Source: Basidiobolus meristosporus CBS 931.73
Taxonomy: Eukaryota > Fungi > Basidiobolomycota
Length of the DNA: 64,000 nucleotides
Direction of reading: 5' to 3'
NCBI GenBank assembly: GCA_002104905.1
Contig: MCFE01000189.1
Location: 73,096 to 137,095 of the forward strand
Shown: positions 38,552-49,970 of the stretch, one piece after another
Layout of the letters: the number at the start of each line of letters is the position of its first letter
Numbering within the stretch: the stretch's first letter is position 1
The notes under the pieces: generated by a model
Told to the model about the DNA's origin: nothing
The model's input: the letters and a program-made list of their open reading frames with translations, nothing else
The model's database searches: none
Position numbers and translations under genes: made by a program

Positions 38552-39463
38552 TCAGTTTGAGAGCCTGCGACGTTTGCTCGAAACCATGAACGGATCCTCG
38601 CAGTGGATATCGTGGATTGGCGAGGAGGTTAACAACTGGGCGTGCTGATCTCCGGATGATTCAACTTCGGGCTCTTCTGGAATGAACATTAGATCATGAT
38701 CACGCAAAGGTGATACAGGTGAACTAATCACTTCAAATTCCACCTCTCCCTGAATATTAGGCAGTGGCCTACAGACCTTTTCTGTAGGCATATGAGGGTC
38801 CCATTTCTCAGTATTATCATCATAAGACAAGCGACGTTTGAAGTCCTCAGCCGAGTCGCCTTGAACAGAGAGACGCCTAAGCTTTGGTGGGTTGTTGTAA
38901 TCATATCCACCAGGACTTGCAACCGAAATTTTCGAAGGGAGCTTGGCCGGAGTGTTTGAAAGAAGGCATTTTACAAATGGAGATGTTGACTCTCCGAGGG
39001 AACCCGGTAGGCTTCGGGTGCGAATGGGTGTAGTAGCGATGTCTGCAGCAGCTGTGGTCCGATCCTTGGGGGAGAACACGTCGGTTCTCTCTAATTCTCT
39101 ACACTCGCTGTCTCTCTGAAGTCGGGTCGCCAAAGGAGTCTCACCGTCAGTCTCCTCGAGCAGTGGATTGACATTGATGAAGTTGACCACTACTCTATTC
39201 TCTCGGGGGACTCTGACTGGTAGGCTCGGCATAGGGTTGGCCGATTCTCTCTTTTTCGAAGAGAGGTTTATGGTTGAAGGACGGCGTTTACGAGTGTTGG
39301 GTATCACGGGGAATTTCTGATCATGAGCTCTTCCTGAATTCGACCAATCTGGAGGAGGAATTGTCCAATACGGGCTTTGCATCTCTGAAGGTGTTGATTT
39401 CTTACGGGAGTCTTTAGAACGAGGAGTAAGGGGACAAGAAATGGTTGAGGTCGACATATTCAT
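38552..39463 (-). CDS. Hypothetical Ser/Pro/Arg-rich disordered protein, ~303 aa
   Basis: Uninterrupted ORF with first ATG at 39463 (MNMSTSTISCPLTPRSKD); many SP/TP sites; basic C-terminus SKRRRLSN. No domain recognised. Confidence 0.7.
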   Translation of the reverse strand: MNMSTSTISCPLTPRSKDSRKKSTPSEMQSPYWTIPPPDWSNSGRAHDQKFPVIPNTRKRRPSTINLSSKKRESANPMPSLPVRVPRENRVVVNFINVNPLLEETDGETPLATRLQRDSECRELERTDVFSPKDRTTAAADIATTPIRTRSLPGSLGESTSPFVKCLLSNTPAKLPSKISVASPGGYDYNNPPKLRRLSVQGDSAEDFKRRLSYDDNTEKWDPHMPTEKVCRPLPNIQGEVEFEVISSPVSPLRDHDLMFIPEEPEVESSGDQHAQLLTSSPIHDIHCEDPFMVSSKRRRLSN

Positions 39464-41473
39464 CCTCCAGCAATGATTATTCACTAGGAGATTCAATCAC
39501 TTGGTTTGGCACTTCCCCACCAGAGGAATTTCAATAGCGCAGCGATGGCAAGGTTAATTTATTAAATGTTGGAAGGGAATGCTCATATTGGAAGGGGACT
39601 CGGCCCAATAAATATAGTGAGCCACCCTGGTTACGATGCACTAAAACAAACGAATCGCGACATCAAATTTGCAGCGATAGTACAACAGGGGTCAGGGAGA
39701 AAAGATGGTGGCTACGTCTCAACCATTGTTCTATATTAATTCTAGGATTAAATATGGTTTTGTCAGGTGCTAAAGCTCAAAAAACGCTAGAAAGGCCGGA
39801 AAAGCGAGGAATATTTATTAAAATCGCTTTTCTTTTAATAACTGGCTTTTAGCACTTGACAAATCCGGTTCGATAGATACTTGATTCAGGCTATGGGATA
39901 TGATTGGTGGTCCTGGGTATCGATGGAGTGAATCAATTGATTCTTAGTAAATAAGAGATCTCATCAGATGTTGCCTACTGCCAACAAATCAAGCGCCATA
40001 TCTATTTCGGAAGATCTATATACCTTCATTTACCATCATATGAAGCTCAAGATGACCAAGATAGTGGGTACAAATGGTATAATTGGAACCGCTCTATTGG
40101 CTGATCCGTATCTCGAATCAGTGGAGGGTCTGTGCGATGTATACTTCATGATCCATCGTGAACTTGCTAGTTGTACTACTACTTCCTGTGGTGCTGCATT
40201 GCTGAGATTTGGCTGCTAGAGTTAATTAAGGTTTTTACAAAAACTGGGCAGCAGCGACTGCAAAAGCAAGAGAATACCGATTTGTACAGGGTAAATCTAG
40301 TTGATGTGCTCAAAAAGTTGTACGGTGCTCTATGCCTACATAAGCATCGGCTCAATATGTCAAAGACAGGATAGTGGTCCCATTACGTTGCACTGTTCTG
40401 TATTCGAGTTGGGATTTTGATTATTCAGTGAACGTGAGCTCGCAATTGGTATATTGTAGTGTGTGGTGCAATGAATATCCGTGCAGCGGCTAGGATAATT
40501 ATGAGCGAACGTTGTGACAACTTCTGACATATCTATTGACGAAATTAGACCTGCAGATTCCAAGTGTCTGGGTTAACCTAGAACTGGTATAATCGCTATC
40601 TTCATCACAATCGGCTGCATTGTATCTTCATGTTTCCCTTATGAGCCAGATAATGTTTGCTTTGTTTCTTTAAATACCTTTGCCAATACGTAAAAGCCTA
40701 CAGTGGTTTCTACGGAGAAGCGAGTGAAAGACCAACAAAATTGCTCTGGGCTTATTTGTTTTGCCATACCGGATGGTCACCAGTGATGTAGTATAAAAGT
40801 TTCAAATCTCCCATCCAATAATCGATAATCACGCTGATTTTGTTGGTAGTTGATAACTGAAACCTGGGTAAATCTAAGATTGATCTCAACAATCAATTAC
40901 CCCAACCTTGCAGCTTTTGGAATGCATGTGTTGTATCCAGTTTCATCTTTAGAAACCATGGTTCAAATGCTTTTGGTACATCACAATGAATGTAGGACTC
41001 TAAACCACATCTTCCATACTTTATGGATTCTATTCCACCGGATCAAAGTATTGTAGTACTCTTTGACTTTGAGCCCTGCCATTCATATTCCATTAGGTAA
41101 CTCGTTTAATAGTTGAACTCATTTTATAGACATGCCAAAGAAAAGGGAGAAGATTGGAATATGAGAAACCTCTAGATTTTTCTGAAAATGAGTTTGACAG
41201 CAGTTATGCTAAGATCTGGTAGGCTTGATGTATTAAGGTGGCTTTTCAGAACACTATCTAGAGTGCCAATATTTCTACCCATCAAGTCAATGGTTAATTT
41301 CTGAGTTTTCTGTTAGATGGTCCAAATATATTTTATCCTACTTCACCGTGTACCGCGATATTCTTATTTATGTTCAGATTAAGCTGCAAAAATAGTCACT
41401 ATACGAAATAAAAATCTGGGACACGTGATCTTTCCAATTTATAGACAGCCTATTGTACAGCTGACTCCCGAAA

Positions 41474-41767
41474 ATGTTTGCTCTCACCAAGCAGTGTCCC
41501 AAGATAGGTTTTACCATACTGAAGCGGACTTACGCGAGTAAAACCATCTTTGTCGCCAACCTACCACGAGAAACGACACACCAGGACCTGAAGTTAATAT
41601 TCTCAAGCTATGGATCGGTCTATACCGTGAAGCATGCACCGCGCCAGAGCTACGGCTTCGTTATAATGGAATCAACATCGGCGGCAAAGGCGATAGAAGA
41701 CGTGAAGGGATATCGTCTGCATGGAAATATACTCAAAGTCAAAGAATCCAAACCACGAAAAAAGTAA
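41474..41767 (+). CDS. Small single-RRM RNA-binding protein, 97 aa, probable mitochondrial presequence
   Basis: RNP2 IFVANL and RNP1 SYGFVIM; terminal LKVKESKPR strand; N-terminal 22 aa basic, without acidic residues, ending KRTYAS. Confidence 0.8.
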   Translation: MFALTKQCPKIGFTILKRTYASKTIFVANLPRETTHQDLKLIFSSYGSVYTVKHAPRQSYGFVIMESTSAAKAIEDVKGYRLHGNILKVKESKPRKK

Positions 41768-43259
41768 ACCCTAACCTTCGGAGTATGGGTTTCTTTGAAA
41801 ATTTTTATATTAGTAGAATCGAATGCATGCCCAACCCACTATAAAGTTGACACCAACTTTGATATACAAAGCAAATCCAAATCTTGTACGCATTTATACT
41901 CCCAAATACATATATTGACTCCAAACCTAATTCACTTTCGTGTAGTTTTCGTGCATAATGTTTCTGTACAACTGCCAAACACTTCACCGATTTACGTTCT
42001 GATCTGTGGCTTTATATGTTGGATTTAAAACGTTCTATTACCCCATTAGGATTCGCCTCAAACAGTTTGGCAATATTTTTCGTTGAAGATACCATGCGTA
42101 TGTTACGTGCTGTTATGAGGTTCTACTCTAGTAGAGAAATGCCAGGTGAAGAGAGCATTGAAATTTCCTCAACTCCAACATTAATACACCCACACTGAAC
42201 AATATTTCATAATGAACTTACGAACTAAATCCTAAGTAAATGATTCATAATTTAGCAGTAAGATGTTGGCTGTTCTTTAAAAATCTTGATTACTTTCAGG
42301 CCATCACTAATTGTAACTTGTCCAAAAGTCCTCCAACTTTGCACTAACTTCCTGAGACCGTTCTTAAATCATCCTTATCATTAGTTTACAAAGTTTCCCT
42401 AAATGTACAAGTACTTTCCTTGAGTTCAATAAAAAACAAGTGAGTATCATGCAATTCTCTAGTTCACCAAATCACTCTAATACTGCCTAGAATCCTGCAA
42501 CAAATACCCACCTTTAGTTTTCTGCACTCTGCGGATGATATTTCATCTAGCCTACAGCATATTTTTTTTGCTCAAAACCTATACGAAAGCTAAAGACTAA
42601 AGACCATATCACGAATATCAAAGGGCAGATGAAAAAATTTACACTTTATTGCACGATCTGAAGGAGCAGTGGAGGCGATTTAGCTAAAGAGAAGCTTGTA
42701 TGATGTACACTTGTTAGCATACTACGTGTTGATAAGATATTATAACTTATAGGTGAGCATTTTAAAGGTAAAAATAAGAATATATAGCTTAGAAAGAGTT
42801 TGGGTTTTCTGGAGACTCCACTAATTCCAAGAAATTGCCATTTTTTCAAGCTGAGTGTTAAGTTTCTAGTAGCCAACTTCACATTTCCCAAAGATCAAAC
42901 ATCCACAACTTAGATGATAAATACCATTAATATCACTATGAAAGATTTAAACATGATTTGTATAAATATTCTGCTGGTTTTCCTATGATATTCCAATGGT
43001 ATTCTGCTGGTGATTTTCAATTAGGCTTTGAAGTGTTTATTACACCAGGAGTGTCAAATCAGGATTAGTTGACCTATACGCACTATCCGGCACCATGATC
43101 GACATCACAATGCAGCCAGTATATTTATTAACTTCGTATAATATGTATCAGAGTTAGGAGAAGTAGATATCTCTCCAAGTCTCTGGATGTCATCTCTCTA
43201 CGTGTCATTTTGGACTTTTTTGTAAGTTCATTAAATATATTTTGTAAAAACTTAAAAGA

Positions 43260-44000
43260 AATGAATCATGCAAACTCTACTCTTTTGGCCTTAACCCTAC
43301 CGTCGAGATTCTTTATGAGATGGATAGGTTAAAAATGCTCCCAATACACTCGCAGCATTTGGAATGTACAAGGAGTATCTGTATGACATTCTATTTCCCA
43401 TGAGTTCTGTACGAAACTATATCACCTGGTTTGTGGAAATCGAATCAACACAATCCTTCCAATCAGGTCGAGTCAGCACTCAGGACAGCTTGTCCAGGGA
43501 ATGAACATCAGACTAAAGTCTCTCCTAAGGGTAGAGTACTTAATGTACTCACCAAGAGGTGAGTTTGTTAGAGAAGCATGTGGCCTAAAAAACTGAAGAT
43601 GGCTTCATTTTACAAGCGCAACATTTGCCTACTAGGGTCATGGCGATGTTTATTTCCCGTGATGTCAATCGATGTTCAGTTAATTCCGAACAACAGGACA
43701 TCAAAAACTAAAAGCTACTTTGCTGAAAACACAAGTTTTGTAAAGACTCGCTACTTGTGGCTTAGCCTCAATGCGTATTAGTATGATGTATGAGGGGAAA
43801 GCAAGAAGGATCACGTTTAAGCAACCCAAAGATTATTTCAGTCCAAACTTCATAATAAGAGGCAATACTACGGATTTCCGATAATCTGATTAAAATTAAG
43901 TAGGTAGCATCTATACTATGAGACTAAAGGTTTCATAGAATGTAGAATAATGATGCATACCTCAACAAGACCACGTAATGTTGGGCTTCACTAGGTGTTA
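43260..44000 (+). pseudogene. Frameshifted pseudogene of membrane family A
   Basis: ccaatacactcgcagcatttggaatgtacaaggagtatctgtatgacattctatttcccatg..tttgtggaaatcgaatcaacacaa..gagtcagcactcagg aligns with A1; later ITFKQPKDYFSPNF and TKGFIECRIMM resemble A3; multiple stops and frameshifts. Confidence 0.75.
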
Positions 44001-44120
44001 GGTAATGTAGCACGGGCAACATAAGCCCTTGGCTGTGATATACCGGTGACTGATATTTTGTCTATATACGTCTCAGAACTTGTGCAAAGTAATGCATTTG
44101 TGGTTCAACTAGGTACAGAA

Positions 44121-44857
44121 ATGAGTGATGACACATTAATTATTACAGAAGAACGAAGAACACTCATGCAAGTTTTTTTCCTGGGACTTGCCGTTGCCTG
44201 GACACTGAGATTGGTTATGAGAAAGATCCAAATTTTCCCGAACACCCTCGCAGCATTTGGACTGTTCAAGGAGTATCTGTATGCCATTCTCTTCCCCATG
44301 GACTCTGTCCGAAACTACATCACTAGATGTGGCCATGATCATTCCACTGTTGTACTCATTCGGCAAGTGTATTGCACCAGTGTTCATCACTCTGGAATCC
44401 GATGATTTCCATGCCAGCAAGTATTTTGTCCAGATGACTGAGAATAACCAATCCAATGAGGATATCTACATTGGCAAGGTTTCAAGCACCAAAGAGTCAG
44501 TTCACAAAGAAACAATGCTCAGATATGCAATGGAACAAGCAATTGACTCGATCGCATATACGGCTTTGCATTTTATGATATATTACACCTGGAGAGAACT
44601 TAATCTTTATGGGGTGGAAGGAATTTATCCGCACAATCGTCCATGCGAATAAGTGTGTTGGTATACGGTATATTTCCAATTCGTGGGATATGGTAAACAT
44701 ACTGAAGCGATTGTGTAGTGTTGCTCGATTGGTAAAAGTTAGGCAGCTGTATTTTGTCAATAATAAGGTCATTAGTCTCTTGAACTGGTCTGAGCCTGCT
44801 CTGTCTCTTGTCTATATAATTGCCCGGCTTTCTTCAATATTGTATTTTCTGCATTAA
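44121..44857 (+). pseudogene. Family A pseudogene with a ~434-bp internal deletion and a further frameshift
   Basis: Jumps from aactacatcact to agatgtggccatg (A1 46535 to 46970); the remaining core is near-identical to A1/A2/A5. Confidence 0.88.
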
Positions 44858-44869
44858 ATGAACACCTGA

Positions 44870-45660
44870 TGTAATTAAATAAAAATCAATGCAAATCAAC
44901 TTTGCGGAAACCAGTTTTTTTTGTGATTCTGGATCATGCTGTATGACGTGTCAACGGACCACCATTTTATGTGTGATTTCCTGTTGGTATAATATCTAAC
45001 CCGATCTCTTTTCAAATACATACAAATCTAGCGATTGCTCTGAAAAAATATCGTTTCCTTCTGGTGGTTACGTTCTCATTCGGGTGATTACCTCATTGTG
45101 CACTTTGTGTTCATAAAGTAGTTTTCTAGTCTTTCTATTTGTACTTTTGCCACCCAAAATCCAACACGAAGTACGGATCGTGGTTTAGGAATGCCGGTGC
45201 TTCGGGTATATGTATTACCTTCAAGAATTTTTTGCATCGGCAAGGAATCTGGGAATTGAATTGGTTTATAACAGTAGGCATGATACAGTTGTATTTGCAA
45301 GTGGATAATTTTTTTTCAGGATGTGAGGCAGTACTTTCAGTGATGTAAGTGGTGTTCAAGACATGTACAAAATAAGCCGTAAACATTGGTGCACTCCTCA
45401 TGCTAATGTTTCGAAAGTAAAGCTTCATCAAAGCCAAACTCAAGGAACTACACACCAGTGTTAACGTTTGCCGGAAATCCACTCTATTCTGGCGTGAATT
45501 AGTAAAAGAATCAGCCATGTGTATGTCAGGTGTTCGTAGTAGCACCTGCTACGGGTAACAATGTGGACATCGGGATAAATACCAGACTATCTCAGTTTAC
45601 TCCCCAAAATTCATTGCTGACAGTAATACACCAATTATAGAATTTATATAATGGCTGAAA
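44870..45660 (-). pseudogene. Decayed copy of unidentified repeat/gene family B
   Basis: About 75-80% similar by eye to 48360-49080; residual ORF 45135..45545; product not recognised. Confidence 0.45.
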
Positions 45661-46168
45661 GCGTACCTCGATGGAAAACGCCCTACGCCATCTTTATAAA
45701 TTATTTCTTAATCCAAATTTCAGATTGGATGGGCTGATAGTTACATACCAGTTAACATCAATGTATCATTAAATACTTGTACCTTGATGAGCTCACCAGA
45801 AACGCAAGAGATCCCTTACAAGAATTCTGTAGTGGAAAGCCTAAAACCTTTTGTGCACTTGCATATATATATATTTCTTAGATAATCTTTAAGGTATTTA
45901 GGTACTTTATTGCATGACAAGAAGGGAATTGGGAGCAGCAAATACAAGCGACAGTATACCTGATAATACATCAAAAGAATATACTAAAATGGCTGGTGAA
46001 GCACAGCCTCAGTTAATGCCATCATACTAATGAAACATTCGCATAGCCCTTTGATTATATTATCATCACGGCTACTCACAAGCATTTTGTCCTGTGAATT
46101 TACAGGTGGCATTGATGCTTCCAGGTGCAATCCTGCGGAATCCACTACACGCCACTTGTGATAGCCTT

Positions 46169-46172
<4 letters not shown>

Positions 46173-46210
<38 letters not shown>
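46173..46210. repeat. (TA)19 microsatellite upstream of A1
   Basis: Direct reading; shorter (TA)n tracts lie at equivalent positions before A2 (~49838) and A5 (~55813). Confidence 0.9.
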
Positions 46211-46217
<7 letters not shown>

Positions 46218-46328
46218 GAATTGGGATCTTTTTGGTGCGACTTGTTTACAGAAACGTAAATTGCGGAAAATCACTTTAAAAACCGGCACGTTTGCTATTC
46301 GGTGTTTTGAAACATAAGCTGTACCAAC

Positions 46329-47492
46329 ATGGACATTAATTCGCAAGATAACTTGGAGGATGAGCTAAATGCTATTTTTTACCATATTTTGCTGTCCGTT
46401 ATCTTTGCCATTATGCTAAGATTGGTCCTGAGGAGGATTCAGGTTGTCCCCAATGCCCTCACCTCATTTGGACTGTTCAAGGAGTATCTGTATGCCATTC
46501 TCTTCCCCATGGATTCTGTCCGAAACTACATCACTCAGTTCGTGGAAATCAAGTCAACACAAGCCTCCCAAAATCAGATCGAGTCAGCTCTCAGGGCGGC
46601 TTATTCTGGGAATGGCTACTGGGTCAATGTCTCTCCGAAGGCCAGGGCTGTCAGCGCACTCACTAGGGGCGAGATTGTCAGTGAAGCCCGTGGCCTGAAA
46701 AAGATGATGATGACTTCATTCTACAAGCACAACATATGTCTACCTGAACAATGCCAATATGTGTCCGCAGTCGTGAAGGACGATGCCCAGCTAATCCTGA
46801 GCAACAAGATCTCCATCTCACAGAGCCGCATTGCTGAAGACAAGAGTCTGCTGACAAAGGTTTGCTTCTTGCTCGTGGCCATGTACACGATGTATGCTAT
46901 CTCCACAATCACCTACTGCCTCTGGACAATGCATTACATTCCGGCAGCATATCGTACGATAAATTTGGTAGATGTGGCCATGGTCATTCCACTGTTGTAC
47001 CCGTTCGGCAAGTGTATTGCACCAGTGTTCATCACTCTGGAATCCGATGATTTCCATGCCAGCAAGTATTTTGTCCAGATGACTGAGAATAACCAATCCA
47101 ATGAGGATATCTACATTGGCAAGGTTTCAAGCACCAAAGAGTCCGTACACAAAGAAACGATGCTCAGATATGCACTGGAACAGGCAATTGGTTCCATTAT
47201 ATATACAGCTCTACATTTTATGATGAGTTACACTCTGGAAGGTGTATATCTATATGGAGTGGAAGGGAGTTATCCTATAAACCAGGAACAACCCCCTCAT
47301 TTCTTCGTTTCAATACTCTTCGGGCCCTTCACTTACGGCAAGAGTGCTGAAGCCATTGTGCACAGTGTTACTCACTCGGTCAGATTCGGGCAGCTGTATT
47401 TCACCAATAGCAAGGTCATCTGCTTCTTGAACTGGTCAGAGTCTATCCTATCAGTTGTGTATATGTATGTTCGCATTTATGCGATGTTTTAA
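46329..47492 (+). CDS. Family A member A1: uncharacterised multipass membrane protein, 387 aa
   Basis: Intronless ORF; 5-6 hydrophobic segments; shared motifs KEYLxAxxFP, YITQxVEIK, ESxLRxAYxGxGY, SQxRI, CIAPVFxxLxSD. Confidence 0.88.
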   Translation: MDINSQDNLEDELNAIFYHILLSVIFAIMLRLVLRRIQVVPNALTSFGLFKEYLYAILFPMDSVRNYITQFVEIKSTQASQNQIESALRAAYSGNGYWVNVSPKARAVSALTRGEIVSEARGLKKMMMTSFYKHNICLPEQCQYVSAVVKDDAQLILSNKISISQSRIAEDKSLLTKVCFLLVAMYTMYAISTITYCLWTMHYIPAAYRTINLVDVAMVIPLLYPFGKCIAPVFITLESDDFHASKYFVQMTENNQSNEDIYIGKVSSTKESVHKETMLRYALEQAIGSIIYTALHFMMSYTLEGVYLYGVEGSYPINQEQPPHFFVSILFGPFTYGKSAEAIVHSVTHSVRFGQLYFTNSKVICFLNWSESILSVVYMYVRIYAMF

Positions 47493-48029
47493 TTTTCCAA
47501 CTTCAGTAAACCCATGTATAAAGCTGAAAATAAGCTCAAATATCACCCCTAAGGGTAGCTGAGGCCTGTGATACACAGTCCAAGCGATTCCATAGAATGC
47601 AATACGATCTTGGATCAACAATACTACACGACGTAGGGCTTACTCGGTATTAGGCAATATAGTTCAAGAAATACATACCTTGGTTGCGAAAGGCCTATGT
47701 CAATATTTTTGTCTATATAAACACTAGCACATCTGCCAGGTAATGAGTTGGCGGTTTGGCCACACGCATTGAACAGATCGAATCGGAAAAGGGAACCATG
47801 GTGCAAATTGATCCCCGAGATCATGCGCCTCAGATCATCACCGTACCTGTCTCTGTAGATGTACTTGGAAATATCCTCATCTCATCTAGGCCATAAGTGA
47901 TATACACAAAAGCATTCAAGTGAAAAGACCGAGCCGTCAGAGCAAAATGAAAGATGGTATGATTTCAAGTGGTGAAAAGGTTGACAACAAAATTAGCTTT
48001 TTCGTGTTGCTGACATGTAAGAGAGGGTC

Positions 48030-49080
48030 GTATTAAATGCCAAGCCAGAATCGACACCATTTCACAACATTACAGTTCTTCGACATTGCTGCTTTGAGGA
48101 CCTCTAGCATCAGGGCGGTCTGATAATCTATTATGGTATTATTCAAACTAGGATCCTGTGATGTGCCAAGGAGGCTTGGTAACTTGAGATATACTCTATT
48201 GAACGAGCCTGTGTTTTTATCCCTTAACCTCGAGCCAGCTCTCAGGGTGACTTCTGTGAATGGGCTGCCAGAGTGCTCACTAGTAATGGAATTGCCTCCA
48301 AAGCATATGGTTAAAAAAATCTCACTACAGCTTCGTTTTACAAGCACAATACTTGTCAGATTATTCCTGTGGTTCTGGATTATGCTGTATGATGTGTCAA
48401 AGGACCACCAATTTATGAGTAATATCCTGTTGGCGCGATATCTAACGCAAGCTCTTTTCAAATGCACGCAAAAGTTCGCGATTGTTTTGAAACAACATCT
48501 AGGTCCCTTGTGGTAGCTACGACATCATTCCGGTGATTACCTCACTGTGCACTTTGTGTTCATGAAGCAGCTTTCTGGTCTTTCTCTTTGTACTTTGTGC
48601 CACCGCAAGACCAACACGAAGAGCAGGTTATGGTCAAGTAGTACTGGTGATTGTATTGATACTTTGGGTTTGTGTATTGCCTTCAAGAATTTTTGGCATC
48701 AGAAAGTAATCTGGGAATTGTGTTAGTTTAGAACAGCAAGCATATATTTGAGTAAACAATTGCTATGATGCAAGGTGTTCAAGGGGCATATTAAACGAAC
48801 CCTTAACACCAGTATGTTCATCTCATTAAATGTTGGTTTGAAAGTAGAGCATTACCATTTCTAAGCTCGATGTACTACATACCAGTCTCGAAGTGCACCG
48901 GAAATCTATTCATTTCCGCTGTGAATTAGCCAAAGAATCAACCATGTGAATATCAGTGTTCGTAGTAGCACCTACTATGGGCATTAATATGGAAATGGGG
49001 ATCGATACCAGACTATCTCAGTTTACTCCTGAAATTTCATTGCTGACAGTAGTACACCAATCATATAACCTATATGGTGG
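48030..49080 (-). pseudogene. Second decayed copy of family B
   Basis: Paralogous to 44870-45660 (offset ~3.4 kb); residual ORF 48033..48467; many stops. Confidence 0.45.
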
Positions 49081-49970
49081 ATAGAAACGGACATCAATGC
49101 GTGAAGAAAGAATGTACACAATGGAAAGCGAGCTGAGTACACTTTAAGCCATCCTTGTGACTATTTCACGATCCAAATTTAAGATCATAAGCAACTACTA
49201 TTACTTTCCAGTTGACGTTGATGTGCCACCTGATACTTTTATCTTGACTGAGATGGCTAGGGAAGAAAAAGCACTGTGGTGAGGCTTTTCCCATCGGTCA
49301 CCTTTACCATCATGCTGAGATGGTAATACGATGGATAGTGGTTGATTGATCTGAGCAAAACTTTCAAAAAGAGTTTCGACAAACATTGCTTTTCTAGCCC
49401 TATGTTCATGGTAAGAAAGACGATCAGTTTTTTACTGAGCTACTCGTTTGATCAAACTTGAGCTACTGTGTTTCTCCAATAGCATCAGTATTTTAATCCG
49501 TAATAAGCCTTTCTAGTCAATATTTTATATATATCCACAAATTAGTGTATTATAGATAATGTTTGCACTCAACTTGATGTGAGGCCACACGGTAGAATCA
49601 CGATTGGGGTACCAGTGTGTTGCAAATTCCAGATTGGCCAAGTGATTAGTGCTGTCACGGTTATGAGGCAGCCACATTGTAAGGCGGAAGTTGCTCAAAA
49701 ACCTCTACTAATTTCGCATTTGAGCGTTTATCAACCGGTTCATTTTTATAATAATGAAGCAGTCGTCTAGCCTCTTGGTTGTACTCGATGTTATACTAGA
49801 TTGGTATAGATGATAAGATGAATAATTGACTGTAGCTATATATAGATATGAATGTGTATGCGTAGAATTTGGTTTCTTCCAGTGTAACTTGCTTAAAGTA
49901 AATTGCGGAAAATCACTTTAAAAACCGGCATATTTGCTATTCGGTGTTTTAAAACCTAAGCTGTACCAGC

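Noticed and set aside
38370-38922. ORFs 38370..38648 and 38728..38922
   Set aside because: Overlap the longer 38552..39463 ORF; no support.
45984-46346. 120-aa ORF containing IYIYIYIY
   Set aside because: Translation of the (TA)n microsatellite and the A1 promoter.
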